Source: Spirochaetaceae bacterium
GTDB taxonomy: Bacteria > Spirochaetota > Spirochaetia > WTKD01
Assembly (NCBI GenBank): GCA_011524535.1
Contig: WTKD01000010.1
Coordinates: 1,233 to 65,232 of the forward strand
DNA: 64,000 nt
Reading direction: 5' to 3'
Shown piece by piece: positions 60,505-64,000 of this stretch (position 1 is its first letter; every line of letters begins with the position of its first letter). The notes beneath the pieces were generated by a model that worked only from the letters and a program-made list of their open reading frames with translations, was not told the DNA's origin and made no database searches. The translations under genes and the position numbers were made by a program.

Positions 60505-61791
60505 CTATGTAGTGCTCGTCTTAGTATAAGAAACGGTAGTGTAATCGAATAGCACTATTTTTTTATTCCCAAAAAGCTCTTTGGCTCTTTTTTTGTCTTC
60601 TTCATAGCTTTCCGAACAACTAGAAAGGTAAATCGTTTCTACCGCGCTTTTATTGATTTGTTCAAAAATGTGATTATCATTTTTGTCTAAAGAGCTTCCA
60701 AAAATGGTTAAGTCACCGCTCAGGGTGGGCAGAACGTCAAAACCTTTCTCTAAGTACGTACTGTTTTGTATTTGGTTTTTCTTTTCCTCAGATGTCCCGC
60801 TAAAGACTATAACCATCTTCTGCCATCCGGTATACACTTCTTGAGCTACCCGTTCCTGAAAAGTACTTTTCTCTGTTCGCGTTATTCTCTGGATGGTGTT
60901 ATTCCTTTCAACGATGTGAAATGCTCCATGCAAAAAATATAGATTTTGCTGGTTTGATGCGTCAAATGTGTATAAATATTTTTCCTTTCTGGAAAATCCG
61001 TCATAAGGGATAGTTTCTTTAGAAGATTCTACTGGGGGAAGATCAAACAAATCAGGCGTTTCTTCTGCATCATTGTGTGTGTGAGATGCCTGTGCATTAT
61101 CACCGTTTGAGTTTTTTTCTTCATTTGTAAGATGATCATAAGATTTTCCTATCAGGTAGTCAGCGTAAATAGCGTAATCAGACCATTCCTTTTTTGCCCA
61201 ATCTCTCATTATTTCAAAGTAAACCCTCTTTGAATATTTATATACAGGGTGTATATATTCCCCTTGGTCTGATACGAAGAGGTTTTTATTCATCAATGCT
61301 AAAATTTCTGGTAATTTAATTTTTTCTAGCAGTAAAAGATACAAGAGTGGGTCGTAATTCAGTGTAAAATAATTCGTGAAATGATCTAATAGTTTGAAAA
61401 CACCTTTATTGGAAAAGGTTTCGTCTTTTTTATCAAATCCTTCAGTTATTATCTTCATAGCTGCATATATAAAGTCTTGTTTAATTTCATCCTCAAGACG
61501 TCTTTTTATGAATTCATAACGACTCTTAGAGGCATTCGAGATTACTTCCATCAATTGGCGAGGCAATTTTTCAATGTCAAAATTGTCTTCTTTGAGCCTC
61601 GCTTCTATGCTTAGATATTCTGGATGAGATTTTTTAATTTTTGAAAAAATATTTTCATAGCTTGTGTCGATCTTCAGGGAAATGTTAAACCCGTTTCCAA
61701 GCAGCAAATGATGATCCCGCTTATTGTTTTCTAATCTTTGTAACAATCCGTCATAAGTAATTAGCTTGTTTTCTTCTTGAGCGATATTCAT
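60505..61791 (-). CDS. SIR2-like protein, DUF4917-type (paralog 2)
   Basis: It shares LLLGNGF, FDIEKL, NYFTLNYDPLLYLLL, QNLYFLHGAFHIV, SEEKK.QI....YLEK.FD, GSSL..NDNHIFEQINKS and LFDY.T.SY with the 48020-49276 protein. By eye the overall identity is only about 35-40 percent. Confidence 0.7.
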   Translation of the reverse strand: MNIAQEENKLITYDGLLQRLENNKRDHHLLLGNGFNISLKIDTSYENIFSKIKKSHPEYLSIEARLKEDNFDIEKLPRQLMEVISNASKSRYEFIKRRLEDEIKQDFIYAAMKIITEGFDKKDETFSNKGVFKLLDHFTNYFTLNYDPLLYLLLLEKIKLPEILALMNKNLFVSDQGEYIHPVYKYSKRVYFEIMRDWAKKEWSDYAIYADYLIGKSYDHLTNEEKNSNGDNAQASHTHNDAEETPDLFDLPPVESSKETIPYDGFSRKEKYLYTFDASNQQNLYFLHGAFHIVERNNTIQRITRTEKSTFQERVAQEVYTGWQKMVIVFSGTSEEKKNQIQNSTYLEKGFDVLPTLSGDLTIFGSSLDKNDNHIFEQINKSAVETIYLSSCSESYEEDKKRAKELFGNKKIVLFDYTTVSYTKTSTT

Positions 61792-62391
61792 CGGTGCGTG
61801 TTCTTACTCCTGGAAAAGATTCTTTTCTTGGGAGAGCATAGCCTCGCTTCGCGTAAGGGATGTTTTGCCAGGGGCTGTAAAAGTAGTTCTTTCAGGTTCA
61901 TTGCTCCCCAAAGGAAAAGTTATATTCTCAAACTTCCATCGGTTGAAGTTTTTAATGCATTATATAGGCATACATAAAAATATTTAACTTTAATTACACT
62001 GTATAAGTATCACCATTTTTATGTCAATAGGGTGTACGTATGTATAAATCTATATGCGGTGCGACTGATAATGCTATCATCCACTGAGATTCCAAGAATG
62101 TTCTTTGATGACATAGTTTTTTCTACAATCGTGACTTTATAGCTTGGAGTGGATATGAACTCACAAACTTCTTCTGGCTCGACGGAAAGCTTAGTTTGTC
62201 CTAACTCTTCGAGCAAGACGTTCAGCCTCATTTACGGGGTCAGTCATTGTTTCGTTTCTTAAGACTTTTAGCCAAATTCAAAATAATTTTCTAGTCTTTC
62301 TCGTAGAACGGTAAGGAATTTTTTTATAAAAAACTTTTGGTAGACAGAATTAATATTAACGAAGTCAAAAACAGGGTGCTTTTTTCCGGTA

Positions 62392-63264
62392 TCATTGCCG
62401 ATCGATGCCTTTTTCTAGATATTGTACTGCTTTTTTTGCGGTATCAACGTTTAAGTTGTTACTTACAAACAGTAGTTCTCTTACTCTATTTCCTGAAGAT
62501 CCGTATCGTAACTTCCAACTTAATTTTACGTTGCACGTACGGTATAGATCACGTATAAGTTCATTGTCATCATAAGAAAGCAACCAAGGAAATTCGTTTT
62601 TATTTGAAAGCAGAAACTGGGCTATGTTTTTGTGTCCATCAGAAGTGTAAACATTCATGTAGAGGGCTTTAGCCTTTTCTACGTACGGTGGGTCCAAATA
62701 CACAAATACGTTTTTACATCCAGACAATAGATCCAAAACATCTTTGTTTTCAACTGTTATCCTATCTTTATATCTGTGTATTTTTTCGATTCTGCGTATC
62801 AAAGATCGTTTATTAAATCGTGCATCCATTTTGTATCTTCCAGATTGATTTTTTCCTCCTATGACCCCTCCCTTGATCACACCAGACACATTAGTTCTAT
62901 TCAGATAAAACGTTGAAAATCCCAGGTCGAACAAATTTGCATGTTCTTTGTTGTTTTGTATTTCTTTTTGTCCATACCATGTTTCCATAGTGATTTTGGT
63001 TTCATTTATTTTTTGACACAATCGTTCATTTTCGTGCACGGTGCTGTGCCAAAAAGCATAGATAGAACGATCAAGATCATTGATGGTTATTCTCGATGCA
63101 TGGTCATCGAACAGCAGAGACAGTGCAACGCCAGCCCCGCCAGCAAACGGTTCGACATACTCACATCCAACGAGGTTGTTTTCGTGAAGTAAAGACGCAA
63201 TAAAAGGAACAAGTTTTGTTTTCCCCCCGGGATATCTGAACGGCGAGTAGAATTTATTTTCCAT
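62392..63264 (-). CDS. D12-class (Dam-like) N6-adenine DNA methyltransferase
   Basis: N-terminus FRYPGGK, SAM motif EPFAGGAGV and catalytic DPPY. Confidence 0.85.
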   Translation of the reverse strand: MENKFYSPFRYPGGKTKLVPFIASLLHENNLVGCEYVEPFAGGAGVALSLLFDDHASRITINDLDRSIYAFWHSTVHENERLCQKINETKITMETWYGQKEIQNNKEHANLFDLGFSTFYLNRTNVSGVIKGGVIGGKNQSGRYKMDARFNKRSLIRRIEKIHRYKDRITVENKDVLDLLSGCKNVFVYLDPPYVEKAKALYMNVYTSDGHKNIAQFLLSNKNEFPWLLSYDDNELIRDLYRTCNVKLSWKLRYGSSGNRVRELLFVSNNLNVDTAKKAVQYLEKGIDRQ

Positions 63265-63988
63265 GACTAAGTTCTAGCATCTTTCCGATTATAAGAGATA
63301 GAGCAACGGTTTGATCTAAGTTATTGGTTGCAGTGTATCCGTGAGCTCCAATATGAAGCAATGAAAGTATTCTTTTTTTATCAACTTTTTGAGCAAAAAG
63401 AGTCGATTTTTCATCTTGAGTAAATGTTATGCGCGGATCTTTCTCATATTTATCTAAAAATTTAGATATTTTTAGAGGGCCTTCTTCTGTAGAAACGTCC
63501 TCTGCGGCAACTTCAACTAGTAGCCTTAGTCCCATACGGATGATCATGGGAAAATGGCCAGAATACTTAGTCCGTTCTTTGTATATACTTCGCAAATCTT
63601 TGTATAAATTATTAACAGATCCAGCTCTTAGAGGGCGTATAGTACCGAATAATTCGGGCTTTTTTGCATTTACTCTTTTCGTCATTTGGGCAGAACCCTC
63701 TCGAGTTAATTGAAAAGGAGCCTCTGTTCTTTCCACGGGTGTACCAACATTTCCTTGAGTCGGTAGTAAAGACAATGGATTGTCTTTACTACGTAATTTC
63801 TGTAATATCTCTTTACACAACGAATCCTCGTATATTTTTTCCATGAGTACTTTACGATTTTCTCGAGTATCCAGTTTTTTGTTTTTTACTAAGGACACTA
63901 TGGTGCCTAATATATGGTAAGCATCTTCATCGTTTTTGTGGTTCGATTTTAGAACACCATCATCGGCATAAAAGCCCAATGTTTGCAA
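63254..63988 (-). CDS. Hypothetical protein translationally coupled to the D12 methyltransferase (possibly 5'-partial)
   Basis: An ORF of at least 244 aa that overlaps the methyltransferase start by 11 nt. The track start is TTG and the frame stays open to the window edge. I recognise no motif. Confidence 0.5.
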   Translation of the reverse strand: MQTLGFYADDGVLKSNHKNDEDAYHILGTIVSLVKNKKLDTRENRKVLMEKIYEDSLCKEILQKLRSKDNPLSLLPTQGNVGTPVERTEAPFQLTREGSAQMTKRVNAKKPELFGTIRPLRAGSVNNLYKDLRSIYKERTKYSGHFPMIIRMGLRLLVEVAAEDVSTEEGPLKISKFLDKYEKDPRITFTQDEKSTLFAQKVDKKRILSLLHIGAHGYTATNNLDQTVALSLIIGKMLELSHGK

Positions 63989-64000
63989 ATTTTTCCGGGT

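Noticed and set aside
1-64000. CRISPR arrays, rRNA genes and intact IS elements or integrases
   Set aside because: I looked for regularly spaced short direct repeats, rRNA-like conserved stretches and transposase or integrase motifs and found none. The only periodic repeats are the protein-coding GGLIG units and the lipoprotein gene array itself.

Overview
By gene content this 64-kb window looks like a chromosomal segment from a spirochaete, possibly Treponema-like, but I hold that only at low confidence. The hints are the rpoN-hpf-hprK-ptsH cluster, flgM, addAB and many lipoproteins. It has three parts. (1) 1-9.6 kb is a head-to-tail array of five intact and one decayed paralog of a lipoprotein built from GG(L/F)(I/V)G repeats (GLUG-motif-like). 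Each intact copy has its own promoter, leader, lipobox and terminator, and there is clear evidence of recent recombination: a 464-bp perfect direct repeat and a mosaic gene. (2) 9.7-43.3 kb is ordinary core genome: serC, pgi, NIF3, lspA, tRNA-Ala, tRNA-Pro, rpoN-hpf-hprK-ptsH, a lexA-like gene, holA, uvrC, a disulfide oxidoreductase, galM, addB/addA, fabH, flgM, HIT, a DUF2061-cysH-cysD-cysN sulfate assimilation cluster, an O-methyltransferase, ada, a DMT transporter, DUF554 and photolyase. (3) 43.4 kb to the window end is a compositionally patchy defence island. Its first module is a seven-gene type I R-M operon with no intergenic gaps: half-hsdS, hsdM, dinD-like, hsdS, a SIR2-like DUF4917-type gene, hsdR and a YgjP-type metalloprotease. 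Next come a decayed type III Mod gene with an RHH gene, a stand-alone OLD-family ATPase-TOPRIM nuclease and a decayed large serine recombinase. On the minus strand are an ABC-3C-type three-gene system (HNH effector, small middle component, DUF2326 ATPase), a second divergent DUF4917/SIR2-like paralog, and a D12-class adenine methyltransferase translationally coupled to an unrecognisable upstream protein that runs off the window. I consider the SIR2-like gene sitting in the PrrC slot of the type I operon the most interesting candidate for a new system, together with its paralog beside another methyltransferase. I found no rRNA, CRISPR array, intact transposase or intact integrase. All functional calls come from reading motifs by eye, and no database search was run.
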